Of a DNA stretch of 64,000 nt, positions 1-12,117 are shown one piece after another; the first letter of the stretch is position 1; each line of letters begins with the position of its first letter. This DNA is from Obrimoposthia wandeli (taxonomy: Eukaryota). The stretch spans positions 124,001 through 188,000 of the forward strand of contig CDROCS010002188.1 in assembly GCA_977020255.1 (NCBI GenBank), read 5' to 3'. The position numbers and the translations under genes were made by a program. The notes beneath the pieces were generated by a model. The model made no database searches, was not told where the DNA came from, and worked only from the letters and a program-made list of their open reading frames with translations.

Positions 1-67
1 ATAGTATACAATATTTTTTTACATACTTTATACTATTTCAATGTTTTTATTGTTTGTAAACATTTAA

Positions 68-2565
68 CCCATTATAACCCATTTTCAATTTGTTTTGATT
101 TTTTAAATGATTTTTACAACAATTAAGTTTAAGAAACATTTTGTACTAGTCAGAATTAATTTACCTCAAAAAATAACCGAGATATGGGGTGATCTCATAT
201 GAGATCACTGGGATAATAAGGTACTAAATGTATAGTTAATTCAAACAAAAACACGAATTTTTAAAAAATGTATTGACAAGCTATTACATTCTGTGGTACG
301 GTAAAAAAACAATCGACACATTAGGTGATATTGCATTTTGAGCAATATGTTCTTGGTCGTGAAGAACATGGCTTGTTTTGACATCTTTTTTGATGATCCC
401 GTTTTCTTATAATGTGACCTTTAGAGTCGAATCGAATACTTCGTTCATTTTTTGATGGTCCTGGTACTGATCTTTTTCAACCAAGCTGACATCTAGGACT
501 TGCCAATTTTAAATATGACATGGTAATAGCTCTTCTAAAAGACAACAAATCCATAAATTCTTTTGGATCATCATGTACTTATTTGTATATTATCCATGAA
601 TTTACCACTGCCATATCAATAATACGAGTAAAAAGAGGCCAATACCACTTTTTACCTCGAATTGATGTTGAGTATTTATTTGCTAACCAATCATGTTTGT
701 CAACACCTCCCATGTAAACATTATTACGTTGTACTTTTATTAATGGCTCCATTATGTCGTAATTAGTCCCAACAATTACACATTTGTTATCAAGCCATTT
801 AACAATTAGAATTTCCTCATTCGAGTCAAATCTATAGTCGTATGACCCTCTTTTCTGTTTTTTCATTTTTTTGATTCGATCAACTGACAATTATTTAATC
901 TATTTTCACTGATTGTCCCAGTTGCTTGAAAACCAAGGTTGCGAAGGTGTACATATTATCATTTTTTACATATTATTTATATCCGGAAACAAATAATCAA
1001 AAAATACTGTATGTGATTGTGGTCTTTTTACTACATCCAACATATTTAGTACAACTTTAGAGCTCAAAAAAAGATTTGCCCTTTTATCATCGTGGTGCCT
1101 TTACCACAATACAGATCGAAATTGTAGCAGTAGCCAGACATACCACATAATGCCCAAAGTTTGTACCCAAATTTTACAGACTTTCCTTTTATAAACTGCT
1201 TAAAAGTATTGTGGCCAAAATATTTTACATATATTTTACCCTCTTCAAACATCCCAAATTTCATAAACCATTTTTGTGTTGCTGATATCAGTTTTCGGAT
1301 TTTGAATCCTTGATCATATTTATTGTTTACTGCATCATCATTGTCACAAAAATGTATAATATTTTTCAATGTTTGAAATTGGGATTTTGTCATAGCATTC
1401 TTTACAACTCGTATTCCAAAATATTTATCATTTGACCAGTAATTTTGTTCTGACGGCAACTTATGGTATCCGGAAAACATATATAAATATACCTGTAAAT
1501 TTTTTTTATGTCCTCTAAGTTTATTGAAATATCCATTTTGTTTTACATAATTTGGCATACCTAACAGTTTCTCTTATTATTAAATCATATATTTCCGTAG
1601 AAAATAATTCCTCAAACAATTCAACTGAAGTGAAAAATGCATGTTTTTCTTTCTGGTCCTTTAAATTTTTATTATATGTTTCCTCCCGTTTATATCCCTT
1701 GGTATGTCTAGGTTCCTTATATCTCTACATTGGTATTGAATCACAAAGCTTTCTTTTTTTCTATGCAAAGGCGTATTTTTAAGATTTTAATAGATTGATT
1801 AAAATTTAATTTAATATTATTTCCTATCACTTGGCTGCCAGTTGAATCATCCACATGCAATTCCAGTATACCTGGAACACCTACAATTATTGCTTCTGCA
1901 GTACATTCGTCATCGGAATCGTCTTTGTCTATTAACTCATCTACTTCGGGAGGAATAATATATCAATCTTCAACAGCGTCCTCCATCCTAACTTTGATCT
2001 CATCCAATGTCAAAGATTTGATACGTAGATGTGACATGTTTGTAAAATATTTAATTAAAAAGTAAAATTAAAAATGATAGTTTCATTTATTTATTGAGAA
2101 TTATGCAGACTTATGCAGACTTATCGTATAATATATATTTAATCCCCTATTAAAATCATTACGTAATATGACTAAATACCCTACATTATCTCAGTGATCT
2201 CATATGAGATCATTAAATTGTAACAACGTTTTGTCTTGACATACAATACATTCTCATGTATTTTAAAAAGTACATGATTACTGTGTTTCTTATTTATTAG
2301 TCGAACTAAAATTCAACTCGTTATTTTAATTTATGCTAAATACACTCTATTTATACTACCATCCATTATTTTGAAATTTTCAACATTTTAAATTCATGTT
2401 TTGACCAATTAATCTGTTTAAAATTATTAAATTAGTAACGTATATGTATAGAAAACATGTATTCTATTTGTAAAATCTATAAAAAAATACATAAATCTCT
2501 ATAGTTGCTTCACAAAGTATCCTTTTATGGGGTGATCTCATATTATATCACTGGGTTAATATGGG
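68..2565 (-). mobile_element. piggyBac DNA transposon, full length, defective
   Basis: TTAA at 64-67 and 2566-2569 flank the element. Terminal inverted repeats CCCATTATAACCCA (68-81) and the reverse complement of 2552-2565 (CCCATATTAACCCA) match 12/14. A decayed piggyBac transposase lies inside. Confidence 0.85.
284..2037 (-). pseudogene. piggyBac (PGBD/DDE_Tnp_1_7-type) transposase pseudogene
   Basis: ORF pieces 1064-1558 (KQFIKGKSVKFGYKLWALCGMSGYCYNFDLYCGK) and 579-890 (VKWLDNKCV...YMGGVDKHD...KKWYWPLF) are typical PGBD motifs. The C-terminal Cys-rich domain CQNKPCSSRPRTYCSKCNIT*CVDCFLPYH ends at TAA 284-286. Probable ATG at 2035-2037 with an acidic IIPPEVDE N-terminus. Multiple stops and frameshifts. 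Confidence 0.9.
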
Positions 2566-3624
2566 TTAAGGTTGTATCTAACATATTATAAATGCTAACA
2601 GTTTTTTCAAAATTATTATTTCCCATAATAGCCCCATCTGACAGTGACTTTATTCAAATTAATAAATTAGAAGAAGACTGAATTTAAAAATGTATAGCAC
2701 ATGCACATCAGATGTATAGATCATATGTTTACTTATCAATTTTTAAATCTTCATACAATTTATTAATGGGGTTGAAGTTATCAAACACTGTCTAAAATAT
2801 CGCCACTTTACTGTAGTAAGTTTAAGATTAGATTTTCAAAATTCATAGACAATTTTGAGAGGGATTTTATCCATCAAGTCCCAATTGATGGTTTTCTTCT
2901 GCACTTTCAGTGCAGCTCGCCTGACACAATACATATTTGCCAGAAAAGTGGCTATCATATGTAGACTGCGTTTTACTTGGGGAACAAGTTCTGCCTCAAG
3001 TAGGCGCTAAGTTGGTTCATGCACAACATCCAGATCTCGTTAATACAGCACTTTTAGTGCACCCACGGCTACAATGAGCACTTAAATATGAACTTCACCC
3101 AAATATATAGACTGTAAACGAGTGTATGAATCTTAGTTGACATCAAGTCCTGTTTTATTAAATGGAAAAGCTGGAGATGGCGTAGAAGAACTACAAGGTC
3201 AATTATCCTATCAAAGTTGGAAAAATTCATTTCAATCTTTCAGTGTTAGTTAACAGTGTCTTAGTAAAACGGTAAAGTGAATTCCTTTTAGTAATTATTA
3301 AAATAAAATATATATTTGTGTTAATGACGAATATATTGATAAAGTTTGGCTTTGAATATAAAGATGTGAAAGTTTTTTTCATATCTTTTGCCAAATTATT
3401 GAAGTTAAATAATCTAAATTTATTTCAATTCTCAATAATACTATAAATTATTATTAATAATAAATATTAACCAAATTTATTGACCTTAAGTTGTTTAAAA
3501 ATGCTAATTTATTCCTAACATATTGACAAAGTGATTCAAAGATTTTAAATTCAAGCAATTTTTTAACTCACGTTTTTTTTGAACAATTATCGACACCGAA
3601 TTCAAGTAGTTTACAAATACGAAA

Positions 3625-4111
3625 ATGACCACAAAAGCACGTCAGCGAATCGAGTCAACACATTCATACGGGAGTCAGAAGTCCAAGTACCGTAGTCTAA
3701 TCCAACTTCGCCAAGATATTGGGGTCGTTGAGGGTGTGAGCATCATCATCGGTATCATCGTTGGTTCCGGTATATTTGTGTCACCGGTTGGAGTGCTGAA
3801 GTACACCGGTGGCAGTGCCGGTCTGTCATTACTGATGTGGCTTATAGCTGGCATCTTCAGCTTGACCGGTGCACTTGTGTGGGCTGAGCTGGGCTCCACC
3901 ATTCCGCGCAGTGGTGGCGAGTACATATACATCCTCAAGACATTCGGTTCTGTGCCAGGCTTTGCTTGTCTCTGGATCACATTCGGCTTGATCGGAGCTG
4001 TATCCACGGCTGCCAATTCGATGATATTTGCTCAGTACGTTCTGCAGCCGTTCTTTGTGGGCTGTGCTGCTCCACACGCCGCTGTCATGATGATTGCTGT
4101 GTTTGGAATAC
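3625..4111 (+). CDS. SLC7/LAT-like transporter coding exon 1 (TM1-TM4)
   Basis: ATG 3625; MTTKARQ...GIIVGSGIFVSPVGVL...AELGSTIPRSGGEYIYI...LQPFFVGCAAP...VFGI; donor C|GTGAGT at 4112 (phase 1). Confidence 0.95.
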
Positions 4112-5599
4112 GTGAGTGGATCTTATGTCTATTCATATTGTAGGTGAGCCCACAAGATATATATCAATGTCGTTGTATGATTCAGCTAGATATATTTATG
4201 ATAGCAAAATTAAATTTAAAATTTTCATTTATCAATAACTTTTATTAGCTAATATTACTGCTAATGCAACTGAACTATTTATCTGTCTTTGTTCTATTCA
4301 TCTAAATATAACAGTGATAACATTACCAAAGATTATTCCGTCTAGTATTTGTGTTTATCAGTAATTATATAAAGGCTCTACTTTAAATATATGAAACTCT
4401 AAATATTTAACTACGATAATAGCTGGTACTGATGCTTTATATATTTAAATTTGGTACTGTGTTCCAATGTACCATTAAAAACCCTTGTGGATATTTATAA
4501 TATTTACCTTCGTAAAAGCTAACTTTCTAATCGGTGATATACTTTTAACTGAATTTTACTTTGCTCATTATCACCAGAAAGTTATTACTGAAACATGAAA
4601 AGAGAAATGGTGTTAATTGGCCAATATACATTAAACATATGAAACTAAATTGAGTACATATTCAGAATTCTTCATCTCCCATTTTAATAATTAAATGAAA
4701 GTCATGATTTTTACACTTTTAATAAGGACCAATAATTTTATTTTGATTTAATTGAAATTAAAATATCCGAATATATAGCAGACATAAAGTTTAAAAAATA
4801 CCGTGATAATAAAGGCGCTAACTTCGGAAAAAAATTCAATTTGATTAATATAGAAAATTTAAATAAAATTTTAATATAATAGTTTATTTGTAATTAAGCG
4901 TTTGCAGAATTCTGAATAAGTTGTACATTTTAGTGCTTCGTCAACTTTAGGTCTTTCGGAATACCAAAATTAATCTATTCCGAGAGTTGTTGCGATTATA
5001 CGGAGCCTGTTAATTGATGGAACTCAGTTTAAATTTAAGAAATCAATGATAACTGCAGCATATTTTCTTTTGAGCAACAACTGCAGTTTATAATGTTGTT
5101 TGTCTGCAGAATTGCAGTATTTTATTTTCACTTTCCAATTTAAGATAAACTGTTGTTTCTTAACTTCAAACTTCATCAATAAAAAATTATTTTTATTCGA
5201 TTTATTCTAAAAAACATTAAAAATTTCCAGCGTAAAAATTTTCCCTCGGCTTTTATAAGGCCTGGCTTGCCAACACAAGCCAATCCCCTGACCAGGCCCC
5301 AACTGCTAATTGTAGTGGTCGCTAGGCCATATCTCATCTGGGGATTGGCTTGACAAGCAACATTTTCACAATGCACTTTATATGCCCATTCCGTTCTTTT
5401 AACTGCTCTATAGAATTATGTGTTGTGACAATATTAAAAATTTAACTTAAGTTTATTGTAGAAAAAAAAGAAAAATAATACTATATATATATATATTACT
5501 ATATATAATATAGCTTAGGATTACAACCATTTTTAAGTGATTACATTTGCTAAAACAATTTAAATAGTGTACCTGTACTTGAAATAAACTGTGTAAATT

Positions 5600-6492
5600 A
5601 ATGAAAATTATTGTATTAACATAATGAGAATTTAGGAGAATTGATAAACTGAAGAAAACTTTTCAAGAAATTAACATCCTTCCATTTGAATGAATTTGCT
5701 GTTAAGTGACATAATTGCTTTACTGGAAATTCCTAGATTCAGCTCCTCTTTTTGATGCTTCCTCAGAATAGGGCAACTTATTTATGTTCCTTTTTTGTCA
5801 GTAATCCCATTTGACTCGCGAGTTATATGAATAACAATCTGATGAGGCAATATTTCTCTGAAAAATCACTCTTAAACAAACATACCAGTGTCTATATTCA
5901 GAACTAGGATTTTTTTCCCTAAAAGAGTAGTAGTCAACTAGGAGTTTAATATATCACTTGACACTGTAACCACAATTGTTTTCCTCTCAAATATACAATC
6001 GAAAATAATAATTTCTTCACAGTTACTCTAGGAATATAATAAATACATTTGAAATCCAGTATCGTTTCTATGCTGATGACAGTATTTCAGTTTATCAATT
6101 AAATTTTAATCAAATTTATAATATCAAAAAAATCAATAAAACTGTCAAAATTAAAGAAACTTTCTAGTACAAGTGAATATATAATGAAGCTACCGATCAA
6201 TGCCAGATTCAAGGTCCCATATATTATCAAAAAATATTCTGTCACGACAGCGCAAATATTTATATATGCATCGATGAAGAACGATGATGAATGTAAATTG
6301 GTAAAAGGATTCTCTAATTTCAAACAGAATGATAAAATATTTGAAAATTTTGTTTTAAATCTTTACATAAATTTACTGATGAATGGTAACTTTAACAATG
6401 TTGATAAGTTCAAGAAGCAGTTGAAGACTTTTCTATTCAGAAAATATTACGGACAATACCTACATTGGAAATCAGGAAGCTCTTTTGAGTAA
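5600..6492 (+). mobile_element. decayed non-LTR retrotransposon (CR1/L2-like) RT 3' fragment
   Basis: FYADDS (YADD codons 6069-6080); a degenerate AFDTV-like motif near 5955; C-terminal FKKQLKTFLF in ORF 6184-6492, typical of LINE ORF2 ends. The left boundary is approximate. Confidence 0.6.
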
Positions 6493-8777
6493 TAAAACAT
6501 AAATTTATTATATATTAGCGCTTTATGAAATATGTTATCATTATAAATGCTATTGTTAATTCAAGGCCAGATTTCAACAACTTATCATTGTGCAATCTTC
6601 CTAGATTTTATCAAAACATATTACGGGCAATTATGAAATAAGAGAACTAAAAAACTCTACGTATTAATTATAAATACTCGATTAGAGTATAAAATACTTT
6701 TAATAATTCAAAAATGTTTTGTTTAAAATGAACCTCCATATTTGATTAAATATTTATATGATATATTCTGGAAATAATGCAATATTATGTTCGATTATAT
6801 GTGTTTATCGCTTTTTTCATTTTTAAATTCGATTTATTAAATATTTTGAAATTACTTAATTTCACCAAACCCTAAAAGACACAATATTTAAACAATAAAA
6901 CAACGTATTAATTTAATAATTTTATGTATATTTAATACTCTTTTGGAGAGCTGTTGATATTTTACCAGTGTTGCTGACAATTATTTTTAAAAGTTTTGGA
7001 AAATAATGAAGATTTGTGATTTCCATTTCGATAACATCCCTTGAAAGTTTCCTCAAAGTAAAGCATATTTTAATTCAATAATCATTTTATCTTGTCTGAA
7101 CAATTTAACTTTGTCTTAAATGATCACAGATTGTTTAAGATTGTAAATCTTCAAATGTGCCAAAAACAAAATAATTTCTATAAGTAGTCTCCACTTCAAA
7201 TCGATCAGATTTTCCCTTGATTTCGGCCGGAGTCAATTTGACCGGGTTCCCCTGTTTCATACATTATTGTTCCAACTGACCGGCTTCTTTGATACAAGTG
7301 TTCTCAAGACCACCTAAATTGACGTATGCTGTGTATTAGTGAGTCAACAACTGTTTGGAGTGAGTCACATCGACTTGAGCTGGTAAAGAAGATGTAGCAG
7401 CGTCAACAACACCAGTCCGCCACAATTCACGTGGGTATTGCTGAAACGTGCTACAAACAAACTGGATCTTTATCAATTCGGCAAGTGGTCATTCACGAAG
7501 GCCTACACCTCTTCAATCGTCTTCAACTTGATTCATCTAATCCTGAACTCGATTTTCAGTAAACATTAAACAACAGCTTAACCTTCCAAAGTTTCAAATA
7601 AACAAATATACTTTCAATTTCACTAACATTCAGCATTAAAAAAGACTTCATTTTTAAAAAATGACAAACAGCAATATTGAAAATTATGCAAAACTAAAAT
7701 AGAAAATCTTATAATTTAATGTCCTTAAATCTAGAATTTGTGTTTTCAAAAACGCATATGAACATAACTTAATTTAAACAAATCAGAAGAAAATTAAAAT
7801 GTCATAAAACATATTTTTGATTCATAACAAAAACTATTCACATTTTTAGTGTTTCTTATAATATTCACAATTTTAGTGTTTTTTATAATATTCACAATTT
7901 TTTTATTACAAATTTTAAATGGCTATTCATCATTAGACAATGTGAGGCCGGAATGTTATAAAGCAACTCATATAGCTTTGATATTAAATCTTATTTGGAT
8001 TTAAATTTGTGTACCACCAATTCATATTACTACAATAAAAAACATTCTTGATGGGGTACATGTTTAAAGAAATTAAAATATAGCATTTTAAGTAGCACTA
8101 ATTTTAAATTCAACTTTATTTAAAGAATGTCAAGATTGTTTTGATGTTATAAGCTAAAATAAGCACCTTACATGACAGAATAATTGTATTCAATAATTAT
8201 ATAGATACCTTAATAAATGTTTTAAATGATATTTGTATAACATAAATGATGAATAGTATAAAATTTTATGCAAAAGTCTGATAAATTTCTCAACTATTTT
8301 AAAGTTTTAGTTAAGTAACATGTATTATATATAAAATTAAATAGCATCAATATAATATGTAAGTAAATTTAAAAATGAATCAAATGTGTATTTGAAAATA
8401 GAAACCAAACAAAAATAAAATGGTTACAGAAAATATAACAGCTAAACAAGAAAACTGTCCTGCTCTGTACTTGGAGATAATCCTAAAAATACAAAACAAG
8501 ACTGACAATTACCTTTATCAAGCCACGTCTTATATATAAGTTGAGCCAATCACATTACGTTTAAAATTGAGTCTCACAGGCAGAGAGTTATGTGATTGAT
8601 CCTAAAAGACATAAATAAAGCCAAAGAGAACCACAGTGTGTACAGGCAAGATGCAAAAGAATAAAAACACATAGAAATACAAAGTAAAAGGGTAAGTAAT
8701 ACCCCGAAGTTCACATTTACCCGTCACGTTATGACTTGATGCATTAGGTGGGAAAAGCTTTTATTTCAGTCAATGGG

Positions 8778-9500
8778 TTACTTTGTGAAGATGTTGCTGC
8801 TCCTGGTAGGCGCGTCTGTCGGATTACTGTCCTTACGAACGAATTGTATGCGGATTTTATTGATAGTGCACAAAACTTTGACTCCAATGAGTATCCACCA
8901 TTTTGGGTTGTTTTTGGGGATGCGACGATTCCTTGTGCTCCAAAAGAATCCCAAGTTGTCACAAAGGTTAACACAATTTTTTGCCGCAATCCAGAGGGCC
9001 CAGAGCAGGGCTTTGGCTTCCTGAATATAAATATTATTGCCGGAAACTCTCTCCGCCATGACTGTCTCTCGAAGTGGTTTTGTTTGAATTACTACAATTG
9101 CTTCTTTAGTCGCACCCGAGGCCTAAACCTTGTGCTTCTTTCTTCTCCACTGCCAAGTGGGTGCATATTTCTTGCGTGCCATGTTTCAAGTCATGTTGCA
9201 AATAATGGACAATAAAGGGCCACTTTAGCGCATGGGGTACATAATTCAAGAACCCGGGTGCGTCATCTCTATAATTAGCCTTTCCGACGATTTCATTGCA
9301 TGTTTGCCATTTTTGTGTTGGAATTCGTGACTTCTGGAAAGTGATTTGGAGATTCCATTCTCGAAAATAGTCAGTGATATGGTCCCAGTGTTGGGCTGCT
9401 GGTTTGGTAATTATCACTATATCAACAATGTGCACATGCACCATTTCGATTTGCCACAATTTCTGAAACTGCTTGATTATGCTCGTGAGAATAAAGTTTA
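8778..9500 (-). mobile_element. decayed RT-RNase H fragment, hepadnavirus/HEART-like or DIRS-like
   Basis: Frame 9459-9106: VHVHIVDIVI (YIDD degenerated to HIVD), WNLQITFQKS, PGFLNYV. After a frameshift: ASGAT (9108-9122, DAT-like), IYIQEAKALLWAL, LCDN, IQFVRKDSNPTDAPTR, then stop at 8778. Confidence 0.7.
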
Positions 9501-9539
9501 TTTATCATTTTAAAGCTTATAAAGGGGATCTAATCATCT

Positions 9540-10100
9540 ATGTCACGGGCTGCAGATACTATGTAACTATATGTATCAGAAATTTCCCACCGATAATGGT
9601 AAAGAAACAGTCATTGAAAAAAGCTCCATCCGTGAACGAGCATTAAACCATTTTAAATTTGTTGTTAAAAGTGACTAGGGATAAACATTCTATTATGATA
9701 CTGTCGAAGTTTTCATGAAACTTCAATATTTTATCTATAAACAACTACAAAGAATTACAGTCGAACTGGTGTAGTGTGAACATCAAAATTTGAGAAATTT
9801 TTATGGTAAAGAGTATTAAACCATCAACTTTTTAGTTTTCAATATTTATGGCTTAAACGTTTTCTCCTTGACAACTGCAACATAATAAAAATTATACAGG
9901 TACTTTTACAAATGTTAAAAGGGTCATTTTGTATATAAAATTGGAAATGATGACAAAGTCAGAGCTTTGAACAAATCCAATGTTCACTTTATGGGGCTTA
10001 ATTACATAACAAAATCTAAAAATAAGAATTAAAATGCCATAATTATAAACGTTTTCGTTAAGCAAGTGTTCACGTTATTCAGGTTTGTTTGTGCTAACAA
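9540..10100 (-). mobile_element. probable hAT transposase relic
   Basis: The minus strand reads ...IIIECLSLVTFNNKFKMV*CSFTDGA (xDGA motif of hAT transposases). Heavily degenerate; boundaries approximate. Confidence 0.35.
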
Positions 10101-10224
10101 CTTATATTTTTCTATTTCATAATAGTTATTATGGAGATTTTATTAACCTTTTCATACGAAAACTTTCAAATTATATGAAAGTTCGTCATGCATTGAGGGA
10201 GTTGACCTTCAAATGACCTTGCAG

Positions 10225-10350
10225 TGACCTTATCTGCTATCAATTGCTACAATGTAAGCTGGGCCACGAAGATCGCAACCTTCTTCACCATCTGCAAAGT
10301 TGCGGCGCTTCTTATCATCATCGTGATTGGTGCGGTGTACCTAATTCAAG
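10225..10350 (+). CDS. SLC7/LAT-like coding exon 2
   Basis: Acceptor TTGCAG|; (L)TLSAINCYNVSWATKIATFFTICKVAALLIIIVIGAVYLIQ(G); donor G|GTTGGT; 126 nt, phase 1 to 1. Confidence 0.95.
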
Positions 10351-12117
10351 GTTGGTGACCAAGTCTACGAAACTCTAACAATGTGACCCTACCGTTTCCC
10401 CATGAACAAATCAAGGTCTTTCAAAGTGTACATATCTAAAACATTGCTTAACAATTTTAATATCACATTATTTCCAATACGAAGCCGTGGTGTTTTATAA
10501 ATTTCAATTTGTTTTCAACAAATCTGCGAATAAAAATTGATTATTACTGTTTATGATATATTTATTAAATGTTAAACAGTTTTACTGTTGATGTTGTGAA
10601 TGGAATCCTGTTTCTTTTATTAAATTCCCTAAGGACATCTATCGGTGAGTAACCAAATAACGTAATATTCAATAATGTTTATTCTGTCTTAGATGCATGT
10701 TCTATTTATTCTAAATGCGTTGTATTCTACAACATCATATCTTCTTAACAAAGTCACATATCACGACAGCAGTTTTCCTCAATTAATCATTAAATTCATC
10801 ACACGTCGACAACGTCTATCAACAATATCACAAACTATAGCTGCAACACGATGTCTGGTTATTATATAGCCAGGCATTCACACTGGCGCACACGAATCAC
10901 TTTAAAGTGCAGAACCTGGCCTCTAATTGATCTGTCTGGTGTCTCTGTATGTGTGTTTCCCGATATTACATTGCAGTTATTGGAATTATTTTGTATTTAA
11001 TAATTGTATAGCGACCTATTGTTGATATGCAATTAACAGCTTAACATAATTAAGTATTATGAAATTTATTAATGCTAAGCATCAAAATTAGAAATTAAAA
11101 AGATAACATTAGAAACAATCCAATTAATAACAATAACCACAAGAACTTTCAAGACAATTATTATAATCAACTTTATAATTAGTGTTTCTTGAGTTATTTA
11201 TTAAATATTCTGATAATTTGTCACTTCGTCAACCTTTGTCTAGTCTGATAAATTTCAGCCTGTTTGAATTTGGTCAGCTAATTGATTGCTGATTACACTG
11301 ATTAAATTTGCTTAATCAGCAATCAATTGTCATGTGTAAAACTATAAATAGTTTTATACGGTAAAAATTGTTACTTTCAGTATAATTTATAAATACCGCT
11401 ATTTTTTAATTATAACAATTAAAATTGTATGCCATCAATTATCCTAAAAAATAAGATTATTTTAGAAATAAAATATATTCATCTTTCCAAGTTTTTGTAA
11501 TGGAAATATTTAATAAAAATATTTCTTTCATTTTATCACCAGTGCAACATTTTAAAAAATTTAAAACATGTTTTTTACTAATAAAAATATGTAGAAAATT
11601 GTAATGTATATAAAATTAAAATAATACCATATGATGTTTGTGAATGATTTTAAATTAACTCCATTTTTCAGTAGCGTTAAGTATTGAAAATGTTTTTTCG
11701 CTGCCGTTTTGCTAAAAATTATCTAAATTAGTCAACAGTTCAGAGGACCCTAAGAATATATCAAACTGAAGTCATTCAACTCGTTTCTTGTTTACATAGA
11801 CAACAATCTCTGACTATTTCATTTAACTGACTCTGAATTATTAACATAGGTTCTCTAGATATTCACTTTTCATAATCTGCATTCTTAATATCATTTTCTA
11901 TAATTATCTCTTCATTAGCGACCTCCGATATAAAAATTTACAAATTAAAGTGGTAACTTTATTAAATAAGTATAAAAATATTAAATTAATTTTTTAGAAA
12001 GTTATGGTGCAGTACAGTTATTTTTATCGTAATCAGGATGCAAAACTATTCCTAATAAACTAATTTTCATGAGGGAAAATTTACATGTTGTATTGTGTGT
12101 TTGAAAGATGATTTTGA

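Noticed and set aside
3675-4077. Antisense ORFs (113 aa and 82 aa) over exon 1
   Set aside because: Shadow frames of a GC-rich exon, with no recognisable protein features.
6268-6300. GCATCGATGAAGAACG, the conserved 5.8S rRNA motif, with a weakly similar downstream ATGAATGTAAATTG
   Set aside because: Only 16 nt are exact, the match needs an internal deletion to extend, upstream 5.8S sequence is absent, and it lies within a LINE relic. Not supportable, though worth rechecking if rRNA scraps prove common genome-wide.
8748-9215. 155-aa plus-strand ORF
   Set aside because: Antisense shadow of the RT-RNase H relic; the recognisable motifs are all on the minus strand.
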